From contig CAWHAZ010000003.1 of the NCBI GenBank assembly GCA_963827475.1, positions 90,151 through 154,150 of the forward strand: DNA of 64,000 bases, read 5' to 3'. The notes below the pieces were generated by a model. The model saw only the letters and a program-made list of their open reading frames with translations. It made no database searches and had not been told where the DNA came from. The translations under genes and the position numbers were made by a program. Below are positions 31,818-52,604 of the stretch, piece after piece. This stretch comes from an uncultured Chloroflexia bacterium. Its GTDB lineage: Bacteria; Chloroflexota; Limnocylindria; QHBO01. Numbering within the stretch: the stretch's first letter is position 1; every line of letters begins with the position of its first letter.

Positions 31818-32437
31818 GCGAACACCTCCTCGGCGCGTACGACCGCGTCGCGGGTGAAGACGATCGTGTCCGCCTCGAGGAGGTCGACCACGTTGAGGCT
31901 GTCGGCCAGGATGATGCGGACCTCGCGGAGGTTGGCCGCCGAGCGCTCGACGATCTCGTCGCGGGCCGCCAGCACCAGGAGCACGCGACCAGCGGCCTCC
32001 CAGGCGGCCAGGCGCTCGATCATGGCCCTGGTCTGGATCTTCTCCAACCCAAAGCCCTCGACGACCTTGACCGCCCCATCGGCGGCCTTCGCGCTCAGCG
32101 TCCCGCGCAGCGCGGCGCGGCGCACCTTGGCGTTGACCTTGACGCCGAAGTCGCGTGGATGCGGCCCGAAGACCACTCCCCCGCCGCGCCACTGCGGTGA
32201 GTTCTTGCTGCCCTGGCGGGCGCGACCGGTCCCCTTCTGGCGCCACGGCTTGCGGCCGCCGCCCCGCACCTCGCCGCGGGTCTTCGTGTCCGACGTGCCC
32301 ACCCGGCGGCCGGCCAGCTGGGCCATGGCCGCCTGGTGGATGAGCGGCGTCCGGACCGGCGCGGCGAACAGCGAGTCGGCGAGCTCGATCGAGCCCTTCG
32401 TGCTGCCGGTGGGAGTCAGGATCGGTGCGGAGGGCAT
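31814..32437 (-). CDS. rplD: 50S ribosomal protein L4
   Basis: [30 protein letters not shown]. Confidence 0.98.
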   Translation of the reverse strand: MPSAPILTPTGSTKGSIELADSLFAAPVRTPLIHQAAMAQLAGRRVGTSDTKTRGEVRGGGRKPWRQKGTGRARQGSKNSPQWRGGGVVFGPHPRDFGVKVNAKVRRAALRGTLSAKAADGAVKVVEGFGLEKIQTRAMIERLAAWEAAGRVLLVLAARDEIVERSAANLREVRIILADSLNVVDLLEADTIVFTRDAVVRAEEVFA

Positions 32438-33063
32438 CAGCCTTCCACCTTCCGGATGATCAGCAGCGCGTTCCGCGCACCGGGCACCGCGCCGCGGACG
32501 AGCAGCAGGGAGCGCTCGGCATCCACCTTCACGACCTCGAGCTTCTGCACCGTGATCCGCTCGTCGCCCATGTGACCGCTCATCCGGGTGCCCTTGAAGA
32601 CCCGGCCCGGCGTGGTGCCAGCCCCGATCGAGCCCGGCTGGCGGGTATTGGTCGAGCCGTGGGTCACTGGTCCGCGGTGGAAATGATGGCGCTTGACCGT
32701 GCCGGCGAAGCCGCGCCCCTTGCTCGTGCCGGTCACGTCGACCAGGTCACCGACCGCGAACAGGCTCACGTCCAGGGCTTGACCAGGCTCGAAACCTTCC
32801 GTCGAGTCGACCCGGAATTCGCGCAACACCGATGGTCGCGGCGCGTCCTTGTCCAATGCCTTCAGCTGGCCGGCGACGGGCTTCGTGACACGGCGTGCCG
32901 ACCCGGCGCCGACCTGGACGGCGGCATAGCCGTCGCGTTCGACGTTCCGGATCATCGTCACCGTGTTCGGGGCAGCGGCGATGACGCTCACCGGGACGAC
33001 ACTGCCGTCCTCGGCGAAGAGCCGCGTCATGCCGAGCTTGCGCCCGATCAACCCAACCGTCAC
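32437..33063 (-). CDS. rplC: 50S ribosomal protein L3
   Basis: GRKLGMT, DVTGTSKGRGFAG, GRVFKGTRMSGHMG. Confidence 0.98.
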   Translation of the reverse strand: MTVGLIGRKLGMTRLFAEDGSVVPVSVIAAAPNTVTMIRNVERDGYAAVQVGAGSARRVTKPVAGQLKALDKDAPRPSVLREFRVDSTEGFEPGQALDVSLFAVGDLVDVTGTSKGRGFAGTVKRHHFHRGPVTHGSTNTRQPGSIGAGTTPGRVFKGTRMSGHMGDERITVQKLEVVKVDAERSLLLVRGAVPGARNALLIIRKVEG

Positions 33064-33070
33064 CCCAACC

Positions 33071-33379
33071 TCACATCTTGATCTCGATGTCGACGCCCGC
33101 CGCCAGCGAGAGCCGCATCAGCGCATCGACCGTCTTCGACGAGGGATCGATGATGTCGATCAGCCGCTTGTGCGTTCGAATCTCGAACTGCTCCCGACCG
33201 TCCTTGTGGATGAACGGGCCGCGGATGACCGTGAACTTCTCGATCCGCGTCGGCAACGGAACGGGGCCGACGATCTCGGCGCCCGTCCGCTGGGCCGTGT
33301 CCACGATCTGCTCGGCCGACTGGTCGAGCAGCTTGTGGTCGTAGGCCCGAAGCCGGATGCGGATGCGCTGCTTGGCCAT
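33071..33379 (-). CDS. rpsJ: 30S ribosomal protein S10
   Basis: [32 protein letters not shown]. Confidence 0.98.
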   Translation of the reverse strand: MAKQRIRIRLRAYDHKLLDQSAEQIVDTAQRTGAEIVGPVPLPTRIEKFTVIRGPFIHKDGREQFEIRTHKRLIDIIDPSSKTVDALMRLSLAAGVDIEIKM

Positions 33380-33385
33380 CGGTAC

Positions 33386-34588
<1,203 letters not shown>

Positions 34589-34620
34589 GGTGCTTGCTTG
34601 TTGCTCCTCCTAGGTGGGTG

Positions 34621-36696
<2,076 letters not shown>

Positions 36697-36728
36697 CTCG
36701 GTCCCCTTGGTTCGCGGGGCGGTCGCGA

Positions 36729-37202
36729 CTACCACCGGAAGTGGCTGAAGGCCTTGTTGGCCTCCGCCATTCGGTGCGTGTCTTCGCGGCGCTTGACGGC
36801 GGCGCCCAGGCCGTTGGAGGCGTCGATCAGCTCGGCCGCCAGCTTCTCGCTCATCGAGCGACCGTTCCGCTTGCGCGCGGCCTCGATCAGCCAGCGCATG
36901 CCAAGCGAAACGCGCCGGTCGGCGCGCACTTCGACGGGGATCTGGTAGGTCGAGCCCCCGACCCGCTTGGGCTTGACCTCGATCATCGGCATGGCGTTGC
37001 GCATGGCTCCCTCGAGGACCTCGATCCCCGACCGCCCAGCCTGCGACTCGGCGCGGCTGAGCGCGTCTTCCAGGATGCGCGACGCGAGCTGTCGCTTGCC
37101 GCCGCGCATGAGTTTGTTCGTGAACTGGTCCATGGTCAGCGCGGTGCCGGACAGGGTCTCGTCGTACTTCGACTTGCGCGCGACGGTGGGGCGGCGCGGC
37201 AT
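36729..37202 (-). CDS. rpsG: 30S ribosomal protein S7
   Basis: [29 protein letters not shown]. Confidence 0.97.
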   Translation of the reverse strand: MPRRPTVARKSKYDETLSGTALTMDQFTNKLMRGGKRQLASRILEDALSRAESQAGRSGIEVLEGAMRNAMPMIEVKPKRVGGSTYQIPVEVRADRRVSLGMRWLIEAARKRNGRSMSEKLAAELIDASNGLGAAVKRREDTHRMAEANKAFSHFRW

Positions 37203-37205
37203 GGC

Positions 37206-37625
37206 TTACGCCTTCCCCGCCGACTTGGCGCCGTACTTGCTCCGTCCCTGCTGCCGGTCGCGCACGCCGGCCGCGTCGAGCGGGCCACGGATGATGTGGT
37301 ATTTCACCGCCGGCAGGTCCGGCACACGGCCGCCACGGACCAGGACCACCGAGTGCTCCTGGAGGTTGTGACCGATGCCCGGGATGTAGGCCGTGACCTC
37401 CATCCCGTTGGTCAGGCGGACGCGCGCGACCTTGCGCAGGGCGGAGTTCGGCTTCTTGGGCGTGCGAGTCATGACCTGCAGGCAGACACCGCGTCGCTGG
37501 GGCGCACCGCGCCCCTCCGATGCGGTCTGGGTCAGGTTGTTGAACGTCCGCCGCAGGGCGGGCGCCTTGACCTTCTTCCGAACCGGCTTGCGGCCCTTGC
37601 GGACCAGCTGGTTGATGGTCGGCAA
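37206..37625 (-). CDS. rpsL: 30S ribosomal protein S12
   Basis: [35 protein letters not shown]; TTG start at 37625. Confidence 0.97.
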   Translation of the reverse strand: MPTINQLVRKGRKPVRKKVKAPALRRTFNNLTQTASEGRGAPQRRGVCLQVMTRTPKKPNSALRKVARVRLTNGMEVTAYIPGIGHNLQEHSVVLVRGGRVPDLPAVKYHIIRGPLDAAGVRDRQQGRSKYGAKSAGKA

Positions 37626-37776
37626 CCGATACCTCGCGCTTGTCTGCGCTGCTACATTGGATTGACTCGTTCCGCACCGTTCCGCCGCGCCCGGGCGGGG
37701 CGCGGACCCCGAGGGTCGAACCCTCTTGGCGGAACACACACGAACGGCGTCCCGCGGCTCGGGACACCGACCTCGG

Positions 37777-37805
37777 AGTATAGGTCGCCTGCTACGCGAC
37801 TGCAA
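37777..37805 (-). promoter_or_regulatory. Sigma-70-type promoter of the str-S10-spc operon
   Basis: TTGCAG-N17-TATACT about 150 nt upstream of rpsL. Confidence 0.7.
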
Positions 37806-37861
37806 GACGCGCCCCTCGGATTGTTGCTCCCCCGCCCGGCGAGCGCCGGTACAACATCGAC

Positions 37862-38710
37862 ATGACCTTTCGGCGCCGCGTGCGTCTCGATCCGGGCCAG
37901 GTCCGCGACATGCGTGGCGGGCGCGGCGTGGCCGTCGCCGGCGGCCTCGGCGGCATCGTGCTGGTAGCCCTGTTCATGCTCCTGGGCGGCAATCCGGCCG
38001 ATCTCCAGCAGTCCGGCGTGCTGGACAGCCTGACCGTCGGCACCGGCCAGGAGAACGACCTGTCGGACGAGTGCCAGACCGGCGAGGACGCGAACCTGCG
38101 CGAGGACTGCCGGATCGTGGGCTACGTGAACAGTATCCAGGCCTACTGGGGGCAGCAGGTCGAGGGGTACACCCTGGCGCCCACCACCTTCTTCAGCCAG
38201 GCCGCGTCGACCGGCTGCGGAACGGCGAGCAGCGCGGTCGGCCCGTTCTACTGCCCGCCCGACCAGGGCGTGTACATCGACCTCGGCTTCTTCGACGCCC
38301 TGACATCGAGACTCGGCGCGGAAGGCGGGCCGTTGGCAGAGGCCTACGTGATGGCCCACGAGTACGGTCATCACGTCCAGAACCTGCTCGGCATCCTGCG
38401 ACAGACCGGCGATACCGGCCCGAACAGCTACGCGGTCCGCACCGAGCTCCAGGCTGACTGCTTCGCGGGGGTCTGGGTGGCGAACGCGGTGGAGACCGGC
38501 TATCTGGTCCCGATCACCGACGCCCAACTGGCCCAGGCGAGAGACGCCGCATCGGCTGTCGGTGACGACCGGATCCAGGAGACGACCTCTGGCCAGGTGA
38601 ACCCCGAGACGTGGACCCACGGCTCCTCGGAGCAACGTCAAGCGTGGCTGCTGACCGGCTACCAGACCGGGGATCCACAGCAGTGCGACACCTTCTCCGC
38701 CGACCTGTAG
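37862..38710 (+). CDS. Neutral zinc metallopeptidase, YpfJ-like
   Basis: N-terminal TM segment, [50 protein letters not shown]. Confidence 0.88.
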   Translation: MTFRRRVRLDPGQVRDMRGGRGVAVAGGLGGIVLVALFMLLGGNPADLQQSGVLDSLTVGTGQENDLSDECQTGEDANLREDCRIVGYVNSIQAYWGQQVEGYTLAPTTFFSQAASTGCGTASSAVGPFYCPPDQGVYIDLGFFDALTSRLGAEGGPLAEAYVMAHEYGHHVQNLLGILRQTGDTGPNSYAVRTELQADCFAGVWVANAVETGYLVPITDAQLAQARDAASAVGDDRIQETTSGQVNPETWTHGSSEQRQAWLLTGYQTGDPQQCDTFSADL

Positions 38711-38737
38711 GGGCGACGGCCCCGACCGCAACCGGAA

Positions 38738-39511
38738 TCAGCCGGTGACGGATCCGTCCCGGAGGAGCTGAGCGTCGAGGGGGAAGACGAACGCCTTGGC
38801 GACCGCGATTTCGATGCAGACCTCAGCGCCGGGGATGCGCCCCTCCGAGATGCTCACCGTCCACGGCCGGGCGGAGGTGTCGACCGAGGCGGTGGCGATG
38901 CCGTAGCACTCGGGGACGCCACCGAAGAACTGGACGGTGAGCGTCGCGCCGTCGCCGCTGAGGTGGTAGCCGGTGACCGCGACCGGGATCGGGTTCTCGA
39001 CGCCGACCTCGATATCGACTTCGATCGCGTCGGGCGTGAGCTCGGGCTCGCCGGCCGGGGCGTCGGGCTGCGCGGCATCGGCCACGATGGCGGATTCGAG
39101 GGTCAGCACCGTGGACTTCAGGATGGCTTCCATCGTGCATGCCTGGTTCACCGCCTCGGGAAGGGTGCCCTCCCAAACCGTGATAATCGTGACGCCGTCA
39201 GGATCGGTGCCGACGTCAACCTTCTGCAACGCGAAGCAGGCCTGGTTGCCACCCCAGAAGTAGACGACCACGGTTCGCCCGTCGGGACCGATGGCGTAGT
39301 GGTCGACGGCCGTCGGGTGAGCGTCGACGACGTCGGGATTCGGGGTCTCGCGTATCGCACCGTCGCCGCTCGGCTCCGGGCCGGGGCTCACCGGTTCGCC
39401 CACGACCGGCGACTCCGGATCCGCGCTCGGCTCTCCACCGACGAACGGCTGAGACGAACAGGCGGCCAGCAGCGCGCCCACGAAAACGAGCAGGCTCGCA
39501 GAACGTCGCAT
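38738..39511 (-). CDS. Putative lipoprotein with two copies of a Cys-containing domain
   Basis: Signal MRRSASLLVFVGALLAAC; repeats DGRTVVVYFWGGNQAC..ACTMEAILK and DGATLTVQFFGGVPEC..VCIEIAVAK. Confidence 0.7.
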   Translation of the reverse strand: MRRSASLLVFVGALLAACSSQPFVGGEPSADPESPVVGEPVSPGPEPSGDGAIRETPNPDVVDAHPTAVDHYAIGPDGRTVVVYFWGGNQACFALQKVDVGTDPDGVTIITVWEGTLPEAVNQACTMEAILKSTVLTLESAIVADAAQPDAPAGEPELTPDAIEVDIEVGVENPIPVAVTGYHLSGDGATLTVQFFGGVPECYGIATASVDTSARPWTVSISEGRIPGAEVCIEIAVAKAFVFPLDAQLLRDGSVTG

Positions 39512-39550
39512 GGCCCTAGGACGCTCGGTCGTGCGCAATGGTTCCAGCGG

Positions 39551-40837
39551 TCATGCGCGCACCGGCTCCGCGTTCGGCGAGGGGTCGCCAACCGCCGTCC
39601 GCCAGGTGAGCCAGGTGAGCCAGGTGAGCCATGACAGCCAGGCGACGAGCAGCCCGTTCCGGACGTTCAGCAGGATGATCATGCCCGGCTCGAGCTGGAC
39701 CAGCCGCTCGTAGTTCAACGGGAAGATCAAGATCGTCAGCACACAGATACCGGCCAGGAGCCCCGCCTCGCGCAACGGCCGAAAGGCAGCGAGGGGCAGC
39801 AGCCACACCAGGTACTGCGGGGAAAGAACCTTGTTGGTCACGATCACGGCCAGCAGCGCGGCCAGGAGGAGGGTCAGCAGCCGCTCGGCGATTGGTGGGT
39901 AGGCGGCCGATCCAGCGCGAAGCGACCGATAGCCGAAGGCGAGCAGTGCGGCGAGGAGTCCGACGAGGACAACCTGGCTGATCGTGGCCAGCGCATCCGC
40001 CAGGGGGGATACGAGCTGCTGCGAGTTGAACGCATACGTCACATCGACCGGCGTTCCCAGCACGAGATGGCTGAAGAGCGTGAGTCCGCCCGCCACGCTC
40101 TCGATCTGCACGCCCCGCTCGAGCTGCCAAGCGACGAACTGGAGGGCATCCGACCCCGCCGCCAGCAGGAAGGGCAGCATGATCGCGGAAACGGTGAGCA
40201 GGAACGCGGCCGTGAGTCGGACGGCCTCCAGGCGCTCGCCGCGCGCGATATGGCGGACGAGGAAGACCGGCACCAGGAACGCGGGGTACACCTTGGTCAT
40301 GGCCCCGAGCCCGAGGGCCACGCCAGCCAGCCCCGGACGATCCTCGCCGTCAGCGACGATGGCGGCGGCGAGGAGGACACCGACGAGGATGTCGTACCGC
40401 CACGCCACCATCGGCGAGATGGCGACCCACGGCAGAACGAGGGCGATGAGCACCACGACTGATGCTCCCCGTCCCCATGTTCGCGTGGCCACGAGGGCGA
40501 GCGCGCCGGCGATGCACATGCCGAGGACCATGTTCTGGATGAGGAACAGCCAGCGGTAGATCTCGATCGCCTCCTCGGCCGGGGCGACGAGGGCGGGAAC
40601 GGCCATGGGCAGGATCGCGAGCGGCGGGTACTCGAACGGGAAATCTCGGTACGGCAGGGAGCCAGAGAGCACGAGGCGGCCGACGTCCTGGTACTGGAGC
40701 AGATCCCCGCCCCAGGTCCAGAGCGACGAGATGGGCGTGAGCAACCCGACGAGCAGCAATGCGCCGGCCTGGATGGCGACCAGGCCGGCGCTCGAATTCG
40801 ACGATGGGGTGCGTGGGCGGATCACACCTCCGGCCAC
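39551..40837 (-). CDS. GT87/DUF2029 family integral membrane glycosyltransferase (GT-C)
   Basis: PYRDFPFEYPPLA, RYD, TKVYPA, RGVQIES, NKVLSPQYLVWLLP; many TM segments. Confidence 0.8.
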   Translation of the reverse strand: MAGGVIRPRTPSSNSSAGLVAIQAGALLLVGLLTPISSLWTWGGDLLQYQDVGRLVLSGSLPYRDFPFEYPPLAILPMAVPALVAPAEEAIEIYRWLFLIQNMVLGMCIAGALALVATRTWGRGASVVVLIALVLPWVAISPMVAWRYDILVGVLLAAAIVADGEDRPGLAGVALGLGAMTKVYPAFLVPVFLVRHIARGERLEAVRLTAAFLLTVSAIMLPFLLAAGSDALQFVAWQLERGVQIESVAGGLTLFSHLVLGTPVDVTYAFNSQQLVSPLADALATISQVVLVGLLAALLAFGYRSLRAGSAAYPPIAERLLTLLLAALLAVIVTNKVLSPQYLVWLLPLAAFRPLREAGLLAGICVLTILIFPLNYERLVQLEPGMIILLNVRNGLLVAWLSWLTWLTWLTWRTAVGDPSPNAEPVRA

Positions 40838-40847
40838 CGCCGTGGGG

Positions 40848-45236
<4,389 letters not shown>

Positions 45237-45243
45237 GTGCGCC

Positions 45244-48726
<3,483 letters not shown>

Positions 48727-48795
48727 GCAGCACTCCTTGGAGAGGCAACGTGGAGGGTTGGGGAAGCAGCGTGGGTCGCCGACACGCGAACGAGG

Positions 48796-48823
48796 AGTAT
48801 AGCAGTCGGCGCCGCTTCGTCAA
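48796..48823 (-). promoter_or_regulatory. Promoter for rpoBC
   Basis: TTGACG-N16-TATACT with an extended TGn, in the rplL-rpoB spacer. Confidence 0.7.
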
Positions 48824-48865
48824 CTGAAGCGGTCGGGCTGCCTCCTCCCCGAACGCGAGTGAGAG

Positions 48866-49267
48866 CTACTTGACCTCGACGGTGGCGCCGGCTTCGGCCA
48901 GCTTCTCCTTGACGGCGTCCGCCTCCTCGCGGTTGACGCCCTCCTTCACCGCCTTGGGGGCGGCGTCGACGAGGTCCTTGGCCTCCTTGAGGCCGAGGCC
49001 GGTCAGCTCGCGGACGGCCTTGATGACGAGGATCTTGTTCGGGCCCACGTCGGTGAGGACGGCCTCGAACTCGGTCTGCTCCTCGGCTGCCGCCGGCGCG
49101 GCCCCATCGCCGCCTCCGGCCGCGGGCGCGGCGGCGACGGCCATCGGAGCTGCGGCGGTCACGCCGTAGCGGTCTTCGAAGGCCTTCACCAGTTCGCTCA
49201 GCTCGAGGACAGTCATGCCGTCGACGGCCTCGAGGATCTGGTCCTTGCTCAGGGTCTTGGTTGCCAT
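48866..49267 (-). CDS. rplL: 50S ribosomal protein L7/L12
   Basis: [29 protein letters not shown]. Confidence 0.98.
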   Translation of the reverse strand: MATKTLSKDQILEAVDGMTVLELSELVKAFEDRYGVTAAAPMAVAAAPAAGGGDGAAPAAAEEQTEFEAVLTDVGPNKILVIKAVRELTGLGLKEAKDLVDAAPKAVKEGVNREEADAVKEKLAEAGATVEVK

Positions 49268-49308
49268 GGTGGTATCGGTTCTCCTTCTTCGGTCAGGTCA
49301 GATGCGGG

Positions 49309-50133
49309 TCAGTCGCTGGGAGATGTGTCCGCGTCTTCAGCGGGAGCCGCGGGTTCGGCGGATTCCGCCTCGGTGGGCACGTCATCGGTGGAGTCCGCCG
49401 CCTCGGCGGGAACGTCTTCGGTTGAGTCCTCGGTTTCGGCAGTGCCGTCGGCATCAGCCGTCTCGGCTGGTTCGACAGGGCCCGCGTCGCCAACCGAGTC
49501 CGCGGTATCGAGCGTGTCCGAAGTCTCGGGCGAGCCCGCCTCTTCAGTGGAACCGGCGACTTCGGTAGTAGCGGCGGCGGTCGCCCCGTCCGGGGTCGCC
49601 GCGCCGGCTCCCTCCGCCTCCCGCCGCTGGTCGGCGACGGCGCTCAGCACGCCGACGAAGTTCCGAAGGTTGGCGGCGAGGACGCCGGCCATCCCGGTCA
49701 GCGGCGCGGCCATGCCGCCGGCAAGCCGAGCGAGCAGGACCTCGCGGCTGGGCAGGGTGGCCAGGCGCTGAAGGTCGGCGGCGTTCACCGGCCGGCCGGC
49801 GAGCAGTCCGCCACGCAGGCTCACCACCTTGTACGGGCGGAACGCGTCCTGCAGGGCGCGAGCGAGGCTGGCCTCGTCGCCGCTCGTGGCGGCGATGGCG
49901 GTCGGGCCCTCGAGCATCGGCTTCAGCTCCGCCAGTCCGGCCTCGTCGGCGGCGATCTTCAGCAGCCGGTTCTTCGCGATCTTCAGGCTGACCCCGTTGG
50001 CACGGAGCGCGCGGCGCACGGTGTGCATCTCCGACACGGTCAGGCCGCGGTAGTCGGCCACGGCCAGGGCCGAGCTTCCGCGGAGGAGCTCCGCGAGATC
50101 GGTCACCGCCTGGCGCTTGGCATCGGTTGGCAT
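49309..50133 (-). CDS. rplJ: 50S ribosomal protein L10 with an acidic C-terminal extension of about 100 aa
   Basis: DYRGLTV, AKNRLLKIA, LATLPSREVLLA. Confidence 0.95.
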   Translation of the reverse strand: MPTDAKRQAVTDLAELLRGSSALAVADYRGLTVSEMHTVRRALRANGVSLKIAKNRLLKIAADEAGLAELKPMLEGPTAIAATSGDEASLARALQDAFRPYKVVSLRGGLLAGRPVNAADLQRLATLPSREVLLARLAGGMAAPLTGMAGVLAANLRNFVGVLSAVADQRREAEGAGAATPDGATAAATTEVAGSTEEAGSPETSDTLDTADSVGDAGPVEPAETADADGTAETEDSTEDVPAEAADSTDDVPTEAESAEPAAPAEDADTSPSD

Positions 50134-50156
50134 GTGCGTGCTGTGCTCCACCTACG

Positions 50157-50290
50157 AAAAAGTCCTCGCCGCGGCGAGGACCAGACCCACCGGCGTGGGC
50201 GGAGCGTCCTGCCTCGGCGTGCCCCGGCGGTCGTGTCACCGCCGGTGATTAGCCCGGGCCGAAACCCGGGTCACATCGCTGTCTTGGGCT
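50157..50290 (-). ncRNA. L10 leader (ribosomal protein autoregulatory RNA) with an attenuator terminator
   Basis: CCAAGACAGCG...CTAAT...CGCCGAGG core typical of L10 leaders, followed by hairpin GTCCTCGCC-GC-GGCGAGGAC and TTTTT (50157-50181) before rplJ. Confidence 0.75.
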
Positions 50291-50329
50291 ATGCGGTTGT
50301 GGGTCCGGGCGTGCCCGCTCCGAGAACGG

Positions 50330-51037
50330 TCAGGCCTGGGCGGCGGCCAGGGCCGATGGGATGTCGACCGCGACGCCGGGGCCCATGGTGGGGGCTAGCG
50401 TCAAAGTCCGCAAGTACGTCCCCTTGGCGCCGGACGGCTTTGCCCGGTTGATGGCGTCCACCAGGGCCGCCACGTTGGCCTGCAGCTGGTCCGGCGTGAA
50501 CGAGGCGCGTCCCACCGGGGCGTGGACGATCCCCGCCCGGTCGACCTTGAACTCGATGCGGCCCGACTTCACCTCGCCGACCGCCCGCTCGATGTCGAAC
50601 GTCACGGTGCCGGCCTTGGGGTTCGGCATCAGGCCGCGGGGGCCGAGCTTCTTTCCCAGGCGGCCGACGACGCCCATCATGTCCGGCGTCGCAACGGCGA
50701 CCTCGAAGTCGAACCAGCCGTCGTCGATCTTCTTGACCAGGTCCTCGCCGCCCACCTCGTCGGCGCCGGCGCGCAGCGCGTCGGCCGCCTTCTCGCCCTG
50801 GGCGAACACGATGACCCGCGTCGAGCGCCCGGTGCCGTGCGGCAGGACGACGGTCCCGCGGACCAGCTGGTCGGCGTGGCGCGGATCGATCCCCAATCGC
50901 AGATGGGCCTCGACCGTCCCGTCGAACTTCGAGATCGACACCTTGGGCAGCAGCTCGCACGCCTCCTCGATCGGGTAGCGGCGGCCCTCCTCCAGCAGCG
51001 CGGCGGCGGTGCGGTACTTCTTGCCGTGGCGAGGCAT
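50330..51037 (-). CDS. rplA: 50S ribosomal protein L1
   Basis: [31 protein letters not shown]. Confidence 0.98.
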   Translation of the reverse strand: MPRHGKKYRTAAALLEEGRRYPIEEACELLPKVSISKFDGTVEAHLRLGIDPRHADQLVRGTVVLPHGTGRSTRVIVFAQGEKAADALRAGADEVGGEDLVKKIDDGWFDFEVAVATPDMMGVVGRLGKKLGPRGLMPNPKAGTVTFDIERAVGEVKSGRIEFKVDRAGIVHAPVGRASFTPDQLQANVAALVDAINRAKPSGAKGTYLRTLTLAPTMGPGVAVDIPSALAAAQA

Positions 51038-51462
51038 CAGTCGCGCACCTCGATGCCCATGCTCCGGGCCGTGCCGGCAATGATCTTCATCGCCTGCTCG
51101 GTGCTGTTGGCGTTGAGGTCGGCCATCTTCATCTCCGCCAGCTCGCGCAGCTGCGACTGGCTGACCGATCCGACCTTCTCCCGGTTCGGCTGCGCCGATC
51201 CAGCCTCCACGCCGGCTGCCTTCTTCAGCAGCGCGGCGGCGAGCGGGGCCATGGTCGTGAAGGTGAAGGACCGATCCTCGTAGACGGTGATCTCGGCCGC
51301 CACCGTGTATCCCGACAGGCTGGCCGTCCGCTCGTTGAAGGCCTTCAGGAACTCGAGGATGTTGATGCCATGCTGGCCCAGGGCCGGGCCCACCGGCGCG
51401 GCGGCGGTTGCCTTTCCGGCCTCGCCCTGGACCCTGAGGATGGCGCGTACTTTCTTGGCCAC
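51037..51462 (-). CDS. rplK: 50S ribosomal protein L11 (divergent)
   Basis: [28 protein letters not shown]. Confidence 0.96.
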   Translation of the reverse strand: MAKKVRAILRVQGEAGKATAAAPVGPALGQHGINILEFLKAFNERTASLSGYTVAAEITVYEDRSFTFTTMAPLAAALLKKAAGVEAGSAQPNREKVGSVSQSQLRELAEMKMADLNANSTEQAMKIIAGTARSMGIEVRD

Positions 51463-51507
51463 GGGGTTACCTCCGAGGTGCGAACGGGGCGGGACACGCC
51501 CCTCCCT

Positions 51508-52284
51508 CTACAACTTCTCGATCTGCAGGAAGTCGAGCTCGACGGGCGTCTCGCGCCCGAAGATGCTGACCAGGACCCGAACCTTGTTCCGCTCGGGATG
51601 GACCTCGTCCACGGTCCCGATGAACTCGGCGAACGGCCCGTCGGTGACACGCACGCTCTGGCCCTTCTGGAACTGGACCTTGAACTTGGGCGCTTCAACA
51701 CCCATCTGCTTGAGGATGGCCTTGACCTCGCTCTCCCGGAGCGGGGTGGGCCGGTTCCCCGAGCCGACGAAGCTGGTGACGCCGGGCGTGTTGCGCACGA
51801 CGTACCACGACTCGTCGGTCATGATCATCTCGACCAGCACATAGCCGGGGAAGACCTTCTTGTTGACGGTCTGCCGCTGGCCGTTGCGGATCTCGATCTC
51901 CTCTTCCATCGGCACGAGGACCTGGTAGATCTGATCCTCGACCCCCATCGACTCGATGCGGTGCTCGAGGTTGGTCTTCACCTTGTTCTCGTATCCGGAG
52001 TAGGTGTGGATCACGTACCACTGCTTCGTGGTCCGCTCGGCGGCATCGGGGTCGTCCGGCTGCGGCGCCTCGCGCGAGAGACGGGCGGCCTGGCGTGCTT
52101 CCTCTGTGCCGGTCGACTCCGCGACCGGGACGTCGACGGTCGGGCTGTCAGCGCCGCCGTCGGCGGCGGCGGTATCGGCCTGCTCGGCCGTATCGGCCTG
52201 CTCGGCAGCCTCGGTCGTCTTGGTCTGCTCAGCGGCCTCGATCTCGGCGGCGTCTGTCGTGTCGGTGGTCTCGGTCTCGGTCAT
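51508..52284 (-). CDS. nusG: Transcription elongation factor NusG with an acidic N-terminal extension
   Basis: WYVIHTYSGYENKVK, FPGYVLVEM, FGRETPVELDF. Confidence 0.97.
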   Translation of the reverse strand: MTETETTDTTDAAEIEAAEQTKTTEAAEQADTAEQADTAAADGGADSPTVDVPVAESTGTEEARQAARLSREAPQPDDPDAAERTTKQWYVIHTYSGYENKVKTNLEHRIESMGVEDQIYQVLVPMEEEIEIRNGQRQTVNKKVFPGYVLVEMIMTDESWYVVRNTPGVTSFVGSGNRPTPLRESEVKAILKQMGVEAPKFKVQFQKGQSVRVTDGPFAEFIGTVDEVHPERNKVRVLVSIFGRETPVELDFLQIEKL

Positions 52285-52295
52285 CGGTCAGGTCG

Positions 52296-52484
52296 TCACT
52301 GAGTCAGCAGCTGATCCATGCCGAACAGCAGGATCAGGTCGAGGATGGCGATGTAGGCGCCCACCAGCGCCGAGACGGCGATCACGATCAGGGTCAGATT
52401 GACCACCGTTCGGCGCGTCGGCCAGGCGACTTTGCGCAGCTCGGCCCAGCTCTCGCTGAAGTAGGTGCGGGTCCTGGTGATCAC
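52296..52484 (-). CDS. secE: Preprotein translocase SecE
   Basis: ELRKVAWPTR followed by one TM helix. Confidence 0.93.
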   Translation of the reverse strand: MITRTRTYFSESWAELRKVAWPTRRTVVNLTLIVIAVSALVGAYIAILDLILLFGMDQLLTQ

Positions 52485-52524
52485 GTGTGATGGCTGCTCC
52501 TGGGTGTGGGTGGGTTATCCGGGC

Positions 52525-52600
52525 TGGCAGGGGCGGCGGGACTCGAACCCACAACCGCTGGTTTTGGAGACCAGTGCTCTACCAGTTGAGCTACACCCCT
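52525..52600 (-). tRNA. tRNA-Trp(CCA)
   Basis: AGGGGTGTAGCTCAACTGGTAGAGCACTGGTCTCCAAAACCAGCGGTTGTGGGTTCGAGTCCCGCCGCCCCTGCCA cloverleaf with encoded CCA. Confidence 0.97.
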
Positions 52601-52604
52601 CCGG

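Noticed and set aside
39601-39630. 9-bp triple repeat gccaggtga
   Set aside because: In-frame LTW repeat at the end of the last TM helix of the GT87 protein; no evidence of a separate function
51037-51462. Loss of PP motifs in L11 and Adk as a sign of EF-P loss
   Set aside because: PPG, PPP and PP motifs persist in ClpC, RpoB, RpoC, S4, S11, TsaD and NnrD
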